From positions 75,082,001 through 75,146,000 of the forward strand of contig OX597825.1 in assembly GCA_951406725.2 (NCBI GenBank): a stretch of DNA of 64,000 nucleotides, read 5' to 3'. The DNA is from Octopus vulgaris. Lineage: Eukaryota. The notes beneath the pieces were generated by a model. The model was not told the DNA's origin, did not search any database, and saw only the letters and a program-made list of their open reading frames with translations. A program made the position numbers and the translations under genes. Positions 38,808-53,143 of the stretch are shown here, piece after piece. Numbering within the stretch: the stretch's first letter is position 1; each line of letters begins with the position of its first letter.

Positions 38808-41204
38808 TACTCACACACATATATACAGCATAATGTATATGCATGTATAAATATGTATATATCTATACATGCACACACATGTGTTTGTCTAAGATTATAT
38901 ATATATATATATATATAAAGAGAGAGAGAGAGAGGTACGTGGGGTTGAAAAACACTCACACAAATTATTTATTTGAACGTCCATAAATTTTCTTTTTCTT
39001 TTATTTTTAAGCTTTGTTAAATCATTTGCTAAATGGGAGAAATTTGTTTAGAGTAAGAGAACAATCTAAATTTCAGCATTTTAATTCTCCAAGGTTCTCC
39101 TGCCTGTTATTTTTGGAAGGAAGCCTGATGATTTTTGCCCTTTACTTTTCCTTCCTCGCTTTCTCCTTCATATTCTCTCTTCATTTTTCTTTTCCAGAAC
39201 TCTTTCTCTCTTTGGCTTTTTAAATCGTACACTCTTTCCATTCATAACAGCATTCTACATTGTTGTCTCTCTGTTTTTGCATCCATAGTTTTTATTCTCT
39301 CCCTCTCTCTCTCTCATCGTTTCCTCTTTCTTTCTACATTGTCCTCTTCTCTTTGTCTGCCATTTTCTTTCTCTGTATCTTTCACCTTCTCTCTCAACCT
39401 TTCTCTCTGACTCGCTCTTTTTGTATTTCCCTCTCTCTATTTTGTCCCCCCTCTGTCTCTCGTCTCTTCTCTTCATTCATCTCCATCTGCTCATCTTTCC
39501 TTTCTCTTTTGGTCTGTGCATGCCCATTCTCTCTTATGATATCTACATTCCTTCCTCTCTGTCTCTCTCTCTCTCTTTCTTTCTTTCTCTCCTTCATGAA
39601 TGCATCGCTTTCCATCTCTCTCTCTCTCCCTCAATCTATGCTTTTCATTATTTCTATTTTTTCCTGTATATGGATCATACACACGCACACACACACACCA
39701 TTTCTTTAAATGCTACTGTCTGCTGTTCTCAACTTTCAGACATTTAAAAAAATATTTTTTTAAATAATTGCATTTTATTAATATTTTTCTGTGTATGTGT
39801 GTATGTGTATGTTGTCATTGAAAATCTCTATTGGTTTGTTGGGATTAGCTAACTCATGATTAATTAAGTAGTTTGCACTGAGGGATACATTTAAGGATTT
39901 GCTCTTCACCCATTCAGTGGGTCAAGTGACCACCTAAAGTGTTGTGTCATTACTTATGAAATTGCAATATACAAAGTAAATTCCTGTTACTTTTCCAGGT
40001 CCATGGAACGATTTGAGTTCAGCATTAAAAGCAAATGAAACACTCATATGAATTACAATATAAAACAATAAATATATACATACACACACACACTAGATTA
40101 CCTATAACTTGTTGGGTCACTGACAGTTGAGGTTATAAAACATTGAAGCTGATTTCAACATTGCATTGAAATGAAAGTTAATTTTATGATGATTCAGTTA
40201 AACATTTCAATTCGTTTGTGTCATCATAGGTTTGGCTTACAAGTTCATGTTTAAGGTTTTATTGATTATTTACAGCATCTAATAGAAATAGAACTTCCGA
40301 GATAAACCTGACCTGCAGTAATAGCGTTTATTTATGTCATATGTGCACACTTCTACAAAAATGTAAAAGGAATTGTTATATAACATAAATATAAAATTAA
40401 TGGAAACAATTTTCCCAATATTATATATTCCCATTTCAGAGTTATGTTAGTTTTGGAGTATTTTCCCATTATGTGCCATATTGGTTATTTATGAAGGTAC
40501 CCCCAAAAAACTGCTTATCTCAAGAATCCATGGCACAATTTATGTGAAACTTGTTTTATTCCATTTCTATTCACATTTCAGTGGTGCCTTTTAGAGTATT
40601 TTCCCATTATGCACTGGTTTGGCTGTATTGAATTACAGGCAAGAATGCAAGCAAACAATCGCAGAGTTTTAGTAGTAGTAATAGTAGTAGTATTTATATA
40701 TATATATTACACAATACTCTGTGGCTATTGTTTTTGGTTGGTAGCATTGTATGTAAGCAAGTGTCTGGGCACAAAATAAAGCTAACCATGGAAGGAAGTC
40801 TCCAAAATCAAATTCCCACTGAATTATGGCTAATTTTTAACTGGAAAAGTCTCAGAGAAGTTATCTCTGATAAAAGACACATGGATGAAATAGTTTCTTG
40901 CCATCTTGCTTTGACTTCTTGCTCGTCACTGAATATTGAACTATATTTATATTCAGATTAGCATAAGTGTCTGTTGTGTCATACAAGCATATGCTACTTC
41001 AGTCCAGTGATGTATGAATGTCTCATTCATAAGCTAGCTATCACATCATCCAGCTAGATAAAGCAATCATCATGTGTACTAATGTGTAAATGAATTAGCA
41101 TATTTCTAGAATTACACTCATGTGTTTGTGTAATTCATATTGTAATTGTGTGTGCTCTTCAGTAGGATGACCTTCAAGTAATGTGTATATGTCTATTTGA
41201 TAGA

Positions 41205-41239
<35 letters not shown>

Positions 41240-41708
41240 GTTTTCATGATCCTTATATCTCCTTTCCATGCTGGCATGAGTTGGGTGGGTTGCCACAGTC
41301 TAATTCATTTCCTAACCAGAGTTAAAGATTGAAAAATCCCACTTGCACACTGTTGGTGGCATGAAAAAAAGCACCCAGTACATGCTGTAAAGTGGTTGGC
41401 ACTAGGAAGGGCATCAAGCCACAGGGACCACACCAAAGTAGACATTGGAGCATTATGCTGTCCTTGGACCCATCATATTCTGTCAAACTGTCCAAACCAT
41501 GCCAACATGGAAAATGGACATTAAATGATGATGGAGTTCCACAGTGAACAATATCCTGATGTCTCTTTGTTCATTGACTTCCATGTAACTGGAAATCAAT
41601 GGAGGGAGTAAATTTGACATTACAGAATCCGACTTTCAGTTTGGGTTTTTTAGAGTGCAAATACTTATGTAATGCAAGGGATATCTATTTGTATGTATGT
41701 ATCTCCTG

Positions 41709-41747
<39 letters not shown>

Positions 41748-44700
41748 ATAGAGAGAGAGAGTATCCCCTCCATTACACACATAGATATACACACAAGCTC
41801 ATGCATTCATCTGAAACCAAAGTTTCATTCATACATTATACAATTACAGAGACTCTGGCGCTGCATGTTCTTCTTGTTGTTATAAAGGAACACCTCACCT
41901 AAAAGATATATAACATGGGACTGTGAATAAGTAACAAGAGTAAAGCCTGGGTGGGACACAAGTAGGCGTGTGTAGGTTAAGGGGCTTCAGGTAAATAAAG
42001 ATAAATTTTAAAATAAAGCTCTGCTTCATGTGGTGAGTGTACATGCATTTCTATCCCCTGAGGGGTTGGGTTTTTCCATTATGTGTGTGTGCTCTGTGCT
42101 CAGGATTTTTTCTCTTTCTCATCTGTCAATGTTTGAGAAATACAAAACCTGTTTTATATAACTTAATGGAGTATATTATTATTGTTTTGTCAATCAATTT
42201 TTATTATTTGTATTATTACCTTTTCTTTTCAGTGAGCTAAAGCAAACTTAACCAGCATCATTGCATTTAATTAATTGATTGATTACATTTTCTAAAAGTA
42301 CATATAAAATAATTAAAAAATAAACCATGTCAAATATTGTTTTGTTCGTTTTTATTTAAAGGAAGCTAAAATAAAAAAAAAACAATATAATAATTTGAAA
42401 AATTCAGCAAGACATTGAAAATTTCTAAAATTATTTCAAGCTTATTTTAAGAAATCTATTTTAGTTATAAAATTGTTTGAATTTATTTCTGTAGCATTCT
42501 AAGATTTAAATATAGATATCTTCTAAATTTTTTAAATATTTAGATTCACCCATAAAAACACTAAATTATGTTTCCTTTTTATTTTCCTTTTGTTTCGTGG
42601 ATTAGTGGTTAGGGTGTTTCACTCACAGTCAGGTGGGGATTTGTGTTCTTGAGCAAAGCACCTCATCTCATGTTGCTCTATGATCACTTCGACACCTGAT
42701 GCATGGTTCATCATGCACCTGTTCATTGATGGAGAGAGTTAGCTAATGTGCGGCACAAACATTTGATCTCTATAAAAAAATCATTTATACAGGTCATTTG
42801 GCAAAAAGCTGAATGTTCATACATTGTCTTCAATGGGAGAGTCCATTATTATTATTGAGTGAGAGAGCAGTGCATGCCATCAAAGATACACAGCAGTACA
42901 AATATACAAAGTCCAATATACCCACCATGACTACATGTCTGATAAGGATACACCAGACATAGGCATCACATCATGTGTGACATAGTGATCTCATATCAAA
43001 ATAAACAGTGCATGACCTTTCAGGTGGGGCCCAGTTAGGATCTTCTGCAGGTTGACTAGCCCATCCTGCCCAAAAGGTCCCTGAATAAGGTTTGTTTAAG
43101 GATGATGAATGAATCACCATGTTTCCAAAGGTGAATTATTTAAACTCCCAAAATTCCTCTCAACACATGGCTATGATGCTCACTCACTTATCTCTGCTCA
43201 TGATCAGAGATGCACATATCGTCAGCCACTAAGGGACATGCTCAACTGGTTAAGGTCAAACAACTGACAAGCAAATCTGTGGTATTGAGCAGAATATTTG
43301 CTGTAGCCCTTCGTTATTATTAAAGCAGTGACCTGGCAGAATCATTAGCACACCAGACAAAATGCTTGGTGGCTTTTCATTTGCCTTTATTCTTTAGCAT
43401 TCAAATGCTACTGAGGTTGACTTTGCCTTTCATCCTTTTGGTGTTGATTAAACAAATACCAGTTGAAAACTGGCACTGATGCGGTTGACTAACCCTCGTC
43501 CCTCAAAATTTCATGCCTTGTACCTACAGTAGAATGGTTTATTTTCTTTTCCATGGCAGTGAGCTGGCAGTTGTTAATATGTCAGGCCAAAATGCTCAGC
43601 GGCATTTCTTTTAGCTTTACATTCCAAGTTCAAATACCAACAAGGCTGACTTTGCTTTCCATCCTTTTAGAGTCAACAAAATTAGTACCAGTTGTACACT
43701 GGGGTTGATGTAATTGACTAACCTCCTCCACCACCAAAGTTTCAGGCCTTGTGTCAATAGTGGAAAGAATTATTATTATTATTACTATTACTACTAATAT
43801 TATTTTTGTTATTATTATTTACTAATATTATTTGCATTATTATTTTCGTTTGCATTGTGTTTTTTGTTATTTAAAAAATTTTTTTATAATTACTGTATTT
43901 TTAATGTTTGCTTTCTTCAAATGATATGTTTTTCAGTATTTTAAACCATTAAATTGTTTTATTTGATGTTTGTAATTACTGTTTATGGTCCCCTGTTTTT
44001 ACTTATTTTTGTACGTATGTGTATATCTAACAGGAAAAATAACACACATACACACACACTCTCCCTCTCAGATTCTCTCTCCTTCACACTCACTCACTGA
44101 CTTATTAGGTACATGCACATAGATTAATTTTACATATTTCCCCACAATGATATATTTTGTTCTGCATGTAATGCGATACATATCAAATAAATATTCTTTA
44201 TAAAATACAGGCCATTAGCCATTGTTGTCTGTATGATTTTATTTCATTATATTAAAACTATTCTTAAATCACCATCATCCTCATTTTAACGTCCACTTTT
44301 CTATGCTTGCATGGGTCAGAAGGAGATTATTGAGGCAGATTTTCTATGGTCGTTTGCCCTTTCGTTCACCAATTCTCACCCGTTTCCAAACAAGATATTT
44401 TCCCATGGCCAGACATGTTCTTGAAGAATATTAGAAATGAATGACACTGCTTGTATGATAGTGACAATCATTTTACAACTATCATGTGATGTCAAGACGA
44501 GAGCAGACACACACACACTCACACACATATAGGATGGGATTCTTTCAGTTTCCATCAACCAAATCCACTCTCAAGGCTTCAAAGGATTTAATCCATCATT
44601 CAGTTTAACACTATCGTCTGGTCTGTTGGTGCTTTTAGAAGAGTCCACTTTATTGCTAACTTTTTGAATGCAGTCTCCACTCTGAAGATAGCTTCTTTCT

Positions 44701-45167
44701 TTCCTTGCACCGATCATAAAATTTTTGAAATGGTCATGGCTGCTACCATTTCCCTTCTGATGAAGCTATTGAAAAAATAAATTCAAAGATGATAATCAAA
44801 CCTTCCTCATGTGAGTTCAGTTAACCTTTCAGCTCTTTTGATACTAATTTGCCTGAGACTAACCCTTGTTTGAAATGGTAACCATTTCAATTCCACATAC
44901 CAACTTAATAGCATCACTTTGGGCAACTATCTTGATCAACCAAAGCCTTGTGAATAGATTTGTGAAAGAAGTCCACCATTTTTTTTGTGTTTGTGTGTAT
45001 CTATCTAGGAATAGGAGTGGCTGTGTAGTAAGTAGCTTGCTTACAAGCCACATGGTTCTGGGTTCAGTCCCATTGCGTGGCACCTTGGGTGAGTGTTTAC
45101 TACTATAGTCTCAGGCTGACCAAAGCCTTGTGAATAGATTTGGTAGATGGAAACTGAAAGAAGCCCG

Positions 45168-45212
<45 letters not shown>

Positions 45213-45419
45213 TGTGTGTCTGTGTTTGTCCCCCCAACATTGCTTGACAACCGATACTGGTGTGTTTACGTCTCCATAACTTAGCAGTTCGGCAAAAAGA
45301 GGCCGATAGAATAAGTATTAGGCTTACAAAGAATAAGTCCTGGAGTCGATGTGCTTGACTAAAGGTGGTACTCAAGCATAGCCACAGTCAAATGACTGAA
45401 ACAAGTAAAAGAGTAAAGA

Positions 45420-45453
<34 letters not shown>

Positions 45454-46049
45454 CTTTTCTTGACATTGTGTGGTTGCTAAATAAGTGTTACTGTTATACC
45501 AGCAATGTTGTCCATTTTCAGTATTTTGCAAAAGTATGTCAGGTCATGGGGAAATATTATCTTGCTAAGAAAGAAGTGATTGTTGGTGACAGCTATAGAA
45601 AATCTGACCCATGCAAGTATGGAAAAGTGGACATTGAAACAATGAGGATTTGGATGGGTAGGAAGAAATTAATTTTGAATTACTGGAAACCTCTACAAAA
45701 TCAACTCTCTTTCTGAGACGACATTTTAAAATCTATAATCAGGAGATTAAAAATTGCACAGGTACACCTTTCCAAAATGTAAAAACTTTTGTTTTTGGGG
45801 CAATACTTGCAAATGACAGATATAAATATTGTAGTTTCTCCCCAGGTCTATTCTGATTAAGCAAGCCTAGGATCAAAGATTTTTCCGATGTTCAATTCCA
45901 TTTTGCTTTGTATATTAATGACTATATCCATCCCATGTGTCCTATTTTCTCAATACTGTTGGATGTAATTTGAAAGGAAAGTGGTTTGCTATTTCTAACA
46001 GATTAGGTGACAACATAGATGTTTCCTATGTTGGGTCATATACTCCTTT

Positions 46050-46133
<84 letters not shown>

Positions 46134-46139
<6 letters not shown>

Positions 46140-46668
46140 GTGAAACAAGGTGGAAAAAAGAGTACTCAAATACCAGTGGTAGAGTAATATGCTTTATTTA
46201 AAGCAGCAGAAAATTCAACAAAACCTGTTACTCTGAGTTTCACGTGTGTGTATTTGTGTGTGAATGTTTAGGTTAGGGGATTACTATATAGGTTTGTTTT
46301 AGAGTTATTTGTAAAGGAGATTTTATCGTTATATGTTTTTAAAGAGTTTTGTTTTATCATGGTTTTACTTTTGATAGAATTGTGGTAATTTGTCTATATT
46401 TTCGATATGGATTATATATAGAGTTATATATGGATTATATACTTATATTTTCTCATTTATACTTTAATTATTTAAAATTATTATTTTTATATTTTAAAAT
46501 TTTGATTTTTAGATTGAATGAATCCACCTGAAGATTGTCGATCAAGACAAGAAACGATACCTGTAGTGGCGGTTTTATTCCTTCGACTATTTATTAAAAT
46601 TTTATGTATTGATTAAGTCTTTCCTTGTTTGTTTTGCAAAATAGTGGTTTTGTCTCTAATAATATTTT
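46134..46668. mobile_element. Composite (TA)n insertion: family A fragment (- strand, 46134-46244) fused back-to-back with a family B element (+ strand, ~46245-46668)
   Basis: Left part is near-identical to 61367-61476. Right end is homologous to 35121-35258. TA tracts on both sides. Confidence 0.7.
46524..46569 (+). ncRNA. Minimal type I hammerhead ribozyme (family B), canonical core
   Basis: ccac-CUGAAGA-ttgtc(gatcaa)gacaa-GAAAC-gatacct-GUA-gtgg. Confidence 0.85.
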
Positions 46669-47041
46669 ATATATATATATATATATATATTATGTGTGTG
46701 TGTGTGAGTGGGTGGGTGCATATGTTTGTGTAGATTACTTTTGAAGCAGTTGTGCTAAGTAACTTTTGATTCAGTCTTTGGTGGTAGTGATAATATGAAG
46801 ATACTGTTAGTAATGGTTAAGAATAGAATAGAAAACCAGATGTCTGCTATGTGGGTGTGATGGTAGGTTGGTTGTAAGGTGGGAGTGGTTAGGAAGTGCT
46901 GAAATGTGTTTATAGTTAGACAGACATGGACAGACAGGGTGGTACCTTAAATTCCACATGCTTTAGGTGGCCAGAGTATGTTTAATTTCTAGGCAAGTTT
47001 CTGTAGGAGGTTGGTGCTTTTTTACACGCTGGAAGTGTCTA

Positions 47042-47106
<65 letters not shown>

Positions 47107-50100
47107 CACTGAGGTTGACTTCCGGGTCAATATAATAAGTACCAGTTGAGCCTTGACTGAATTTTATTATATCGATTAGCATTACCATGGCTAATAGTAA
47201 GGAAGCTGGAAAACTATTCAGCAACAAATATAAGGATATTGAATTGGAAATTCATACAATCTGGGTGTATGGCAATAAAAATTGCACCACGGATAACTCA
47301 AGCATTAGATTGCACTTAAAAAAAAATAGAAATCAGAGCTTCCAACTATAAACATGGTTTAAAAAATAAATAGTCCTGCTATGCAGAACACTTTCAGTTC
47401 AACAACACAACTTACACAGTTCAAATTAACACATTCCACACAGCGTGTACTCTATGCATTTCCCACCTAAGAAAATAATGCAACACATTTTCCATTACAT
47501 AATTGACACCTGATATTATAACACATAACACACATCACCAACTCCTCATTCAGAATACATTTTATACAGTAATGTAGTGATTATATTGTTAAAGGTGTAG
47601 AGATATGACTGTGTGGTTAACATGTTCAGTTTGCTTCCTGATCATGTGGTTTCAGGTTCTGTCCCACTGCATGGGTCACCTTGGGCAAGTGTATTCTACT
47701 TTAGCCCTTGGCTGACAAAATGCTTGCGAGTGGATTTGATAGGCAGAAACTGAAAGAAGCCTGTTGCATACTTAGACATACATCATAGGTACTGTGTATG
47801 TGTGTATGTGTTTGTATCGCTTTGTCTTGACATTTTGCATTAGCCGTAAAATGAGTGTCACCATACCTATTTCTTTATTACCCACAAGGGGCTAAACATA
47901 GAGGGGACAAACATGGACAGACATAGGTATTAAGTCGATTATATCGACCCCAGTGTGTAACTGGTACTTAATTTATCGACCAGGCAAAGTCGACCTCGGC
48001 AGAATTTGAACTCACAACGTAACGGCAGACGAAATACCACTAAGCATTTCGTCCTAGCGTGCTGGTGTTATTCAGTGTCCAGCCATTGGGAAATATTACT
48101 TTCTTTGGAAACACGTGGGGTTTTGGAACTGAAAGGGCATCGTGCTGTAGAAAATGTGCCTCAACAAAAAAGTAGATATTAAAACAATGTCTGAAAAGGT
48201 TCAGACATTGTTGAAAAGGTTAAACAAAGGCAACAATGAATAATGTAGAACTAGTTACTCCTCAGAAAAGACCAGATATTTACAACTGGAATGCATTTGA
48301 TTATAGTTCTGTTCAATCAGGATTTACCTGGGGTTAAACAACAACAACAACAACTGCTTACTAAACACTAAGACCTTATATGATTTAACAGCTATTAAAG
48401 TAGTTCTATTGAGTATTATTTTGCTTAGGTGTTTTATAAAGCAATAGCTGAATACTCAACACTGAACAGAGGAGGATCAATGTGACTGAGCACTTAAAGC
48501 TCACTTAATGCTCTTCAAACACAACTATTGCTGTGATATTTAATCCTACACAATGAAACTAATGCCAACTACTAAACTCAAATTTTCCCATTACACAAAC
48601 AGATATGTGTTCAAATCCCACAAGTAGCCTTTGAACAATTAACATATTTAAAACAATAACTCATTTGAATTAATTACACTATAGTCTTACACATCCATTA
48701 AGTTAACTCTGAGTGCAAAAATATTGACCAGGATTTTTTAAATAATTAACTTCAATGGGTTGTTTTGTTGTTGTAAATATGTTAAAAAGAGCTTTATAAT
48801 TTTTTGGTTTACTATTTAAAATAAGTACTATAGTTTCTAAAATAATGTCCTCAGTCCCATTACATTGACAACTTCCATTTTCACTTGTCCAAAACTCTTT
48901 TCGGCTTTCTTGTCTACATTGAAGAACTGACAACAGGAAACCACTCCAGACTGTTGTTTGACATAAAACACTCTGACACACAAGTTATATATTAATGACA
49001 TTGCTCATACGCTCTCTGTCTTGCATGGGTGTACGTGTCTATGTACACCTCTTAGAAGTTAGTAAATCTAGCTGCAAAAAACAGATTTCATATAATATTT
49101 CATAATACAAAAAATTATTTTTGTTTATGAGTTTTGTGGTATAAGAAAACTATTCAAGAGAGAGTCTCAGTATGATAACTTGATCTGCTAAAAACAGTAG
49201 CCAAATCTCCTTCAAATTACACCCCTACCGTTTTCAGAAAGGAAAGGTATATTGAATAAGGTGGTACTAGATACACTGTGCCTAAACATAAGATAGGGTA
49301 ATCATAGTTGGAATAATTTTGGTGATGAGTCTCCTGTCAGAACTGAACTGGGACTAAGCAACAGTAATTTGGTCATAACTAACTCTACTGTATTGTGAGG
49401 AGTAACATATATAACGGGACTCCAGAAACAATGGTACCATACACTAAGGCAGTAGTTACTCTATCATTGTATATTGGCCAGTACTTGTAGCATTAAGTAT
49501 TCAATATAGAGCAATACTCCACTACAGAGGATTGCTTTTGCATCTAGGATGATGTGGCTTGCTGCACACACAAATATCCTCAGACTGAATCCAGAAAAGG
49601 GTCAATTGACAGATTGACATAAAATTATTCAGGGATTCCCTCTAATGTCTGGCCGTCATTTGTGCTGTTGTCTGTCACTGCAGATTTTGTCGCTACTATA
49701 AGGGCTTCTGCTCCTTGGAGTTTGCTGGGCTTGTGTTACATCCAATCAGGGATTTCTTTCCTCTTCCTGTCACCCTTGTGTTTAACCTTGCAAGCCCTAC
49801 CCCGATCACTACACCCAGCCCTGTCTTCCCAGAATGTCAGCTCCCAGGAGTTCCCTCTTTGCTCATGTTTTTCATGCAGTTGTTCAAAAAAATATTAATG
49901 ACATTAATTTCACTAGTCTTGGAGGGGTTGCCAAATATCATGATTCTTGTTCCTTCTTCAAGTCCTAGCAAGTCTAAGACAAAAAAAGGGGGAGGGGGCA
50001 AAACTGCTGAGTTGAACCCAGGGGTCAGAAACAATTATGAGTGTACAAGTTTGGAACTTATTAATAGTTTCATAGTGTAGAAGTGAATGTCACTATTATA

Positions 50101-50921
50101 GTTTTATTTAAGAAGTGCAAATATGAGACTTACTAGTGAAGAAAGGACGGAGCACTCTGTCGGTTATGACAATGATGGTCCCAGCTGATACGATCAACTG
50201 AACAGCTTGCTTGGGAAATTAATATGCAAGTGACTGAGCGCTTCACAGACATGTCCCCTTAACAAAGTTCTCAGGGAGATTCAGTATGATACAGTGTGAC
50301 AAGGCTGACCCTTTGAAATACAGGTACTACTCATTTTTGCCAGCTGAGTGAACTGGAGCAATGTGAAATAAAGTGCCTTGCTCAAGGACACAACACCTCA
50401 CCAGGGATTGAACTCACAGCCTTATGGTCATGAGCCAAATGCCCTAACCACTAAGCTATGAGCCTTACTAGCAGCTACTTTAAATAGTTAAGTAGTGACA
50501 CAGCCAGTTGATTGTCCTTCTAAACAAAAAAGAAAGGTGATATTACCAAACAATAAAATAACATTACTTGTATAGAAAAGCCAATGTGAGTGACTTGACC
50601 CCTATCTGGTCTCTTGGTGTGTTAGAAATAGAAGCCAAATCTGTTCTACATCGTACCATACCGTCTTCAAAGATGGAAGGGCACATTGGATAATATAGTG
50701 TAGTCCTGGGTGCAATGCACCTACAAAAGAGATGGCATTGTCATGATTGGAATGTCTTTCCGGATCAGTCAACTCAATCAGAGATATCGCTGGTCTAACC
50801 TACTACAACTACATGTCTCGAATGCACATAGACTAACACATACACAATGCATATATACCATAAAGTCTGTATCCTGTATGATTTCGTATGTTTCTTTTCG
50901 TTGTTTTATTTGTTGTTATTA

Positions 50922-50972
<51 letters not shown>

Positions 50973-52309
50973 TCACTTCCTTCTGTCTTCCAACACAAAA
51001 CTCTGTTTCAAAGCTTACCTTCTGCAAGTATGTCATGTTAAGTTTGCTTTAATTTTCTCAACTTGCTTCATCAACTAAAATGCCAGTTATTTTTTGCTGA
51101 AGATGACTAATTAACTACTTTGCTTGAAAAGGTTGTTTAATTTTGTGCATCATCATCATCATCAATGTCATGTGTACAATCTACATTATCATCATATGTC
51201 AGTTACTATAACTGTCATCATTATCGTCCTTATTGTCTACTGTTGTCGTTAAATCTGTCATCATCATCATCATCATTATTATTGTTATTATTAGAGTCAA
51301 GAGGGTAATGGATTGACTGGTAGAATCCATTAGGCTAAATTTATCTTGCAGTATTAATTAAGGCTAAATTTACCTCAGTTAATTATCTTTAAAATATTTT
51401 TATATCTTCGTTTCTTCATTTTGTATTTAAGTCTTGTGGCAGCTGGACTTATCATTTTGTCCCCTTGAATAACAGTTGATAGGTGAAATAACAATAATTA
51501 AAAAACAAAACAAAAAACAAAATCAATTAGTAACTCTTAATTGGGTTATTTATTTTTTTGCTGTCATGTAGTGTATGTCAAGCATAATGTTATTTTACCA
51601 AGTCCTTACGTATGACAGGCTTCTATACAATTTCTATTTCTGAAATTTTACTCCAAAGGCGCTGGTTATCCTTAGGCTAGGTGTAAGAAATGTACTGAAG
51701 ATAGTTAACCCCTTGTCAACTAGCATGAAGCTGCCCCCCACCCAACCCCAGGCTTGTAGTCCTATGAAATGCATGGTGACCGCAATAGTACAGATGACAT
51801 GAATAAAAAGTAGTCTGCACTGTAAAATGGTTGGTATTAGGAAGGGCATTCAGCCATAAAACCATGCCAACATAGTCATTGAGCAGTCTTTAGAAAAACC
51901 AGTTCCTTTTAAACTGTCCAACCCATGCTAGCATGGAACATGGACATTAAATGATAATGATGTATAGAGCAATAAAGAACCTGTGTCTAGTGCGGTTTGT
52001 TTTTATGCTTGCCTTCTCTTCTATTTGTTGTCTGCACAACCACAAAGTATTTACTAGTCAGAGCAAGTAAGTTCAAAAAGGAGGTTGTGATGTTGTTGTT
52101 TAGCCTTTGTGGGATTGAACCTGGAACCTCATGATTCATGAAGTGCAGATCAAACTTCTTCACTATTCAACTATGTTGTGGTAATTTGAATGGTGTAATG
52201 AAACAGTAAGCAATTGTTTTCGGCTCGTTAATTCACCTTCCTGTCAAGTTAACTCTAGTATGGGATTTTCATGTAATGTGATATTAACCTTTATAAAATC
52301 TCTGGAAAT

Positions 52310-52643
52310 ATTTCGTTTTTGGATTCGGTTTGCAAGATTCTTTATATGAGTTCGTGTGTTGAAGCATATTCTGTTGTGTCTGGGGAGAGTCATTTTCTTT
52401 TTGTGCCTTATGATCTAACACACTCACCTGTAAAATTTCCACTTATTTTTATTTTCCTAAAATTTTCATTGCGTCTTGCAACCTTTTCAGTAGTCTTGAC
52501 TCTCAAGACTATTGAAAAGGTTGCAAGACGCAACAAAAATTTTAGGAAAATAAAAATAAGAAATAAGTGGAAATTTTACCGGTGTGTGTGTGTTACATTA
52601 TAAGGCACAAAAAGAAAATGACTCTCCCCAGACACAACAGAAT
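52310..52643 (-). mobile_element. Fold-back element (~135-bp arms, 3-nt loop) with a 13-bp target-site duplication
   Basis: Arms 52368-52499 and 52503-52643. aatctctggaaat occurs at 52297-52309 and 52641-52653. Confidence 0.85.
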
Positions 52644-53143
52644 CTCTGGAAATGTTTTTTTAAAAATATCAATATTCAACAAGATTTCTATACAAATAGT
52701 TGGAATATGCTTTGCAGCTCTTATAAGGAATAAGCATAAATGTGATTCAATAAATTTGACATCTCATTCTGGGGTTTAATATTTGTTAGATATTTTTTCA
52801 TTATCCTTCTCATCATCATAATTATCATTTTTATGATCATTATTTTTTATGTTTCCTAATAAAATCTATATTTCTTTTAATATTTCCATTTCAGGATATT
52901 TAATAAAATATATACACTAAAAAAAAATTACAGAAAGACTGTTAAATAAAATGAATAATAAATTCTCTAGTTGGTCCCCAAGAGCCTAACAAATTGTTAG
53001 GAACAATGCAAACAAACATAAAACACAAATACAACAACTGAAAAACATTGGGATTGGCGATGGCCTGCATGGAGTAAAGGGGCTGAAATCAATAAAGCAG
53101 TAAAAACAAATTAATAACAATAAACATCAATAGCAATATAAAA

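Noticed and set aside
41095-41170. Minus-strand CUGAAGA…GAAA near a TA tract
   Set aside because: No closing stem I or NUH in register. Similar isolated CTGANGA hits at 8638, 39125 and 44757 also fail.
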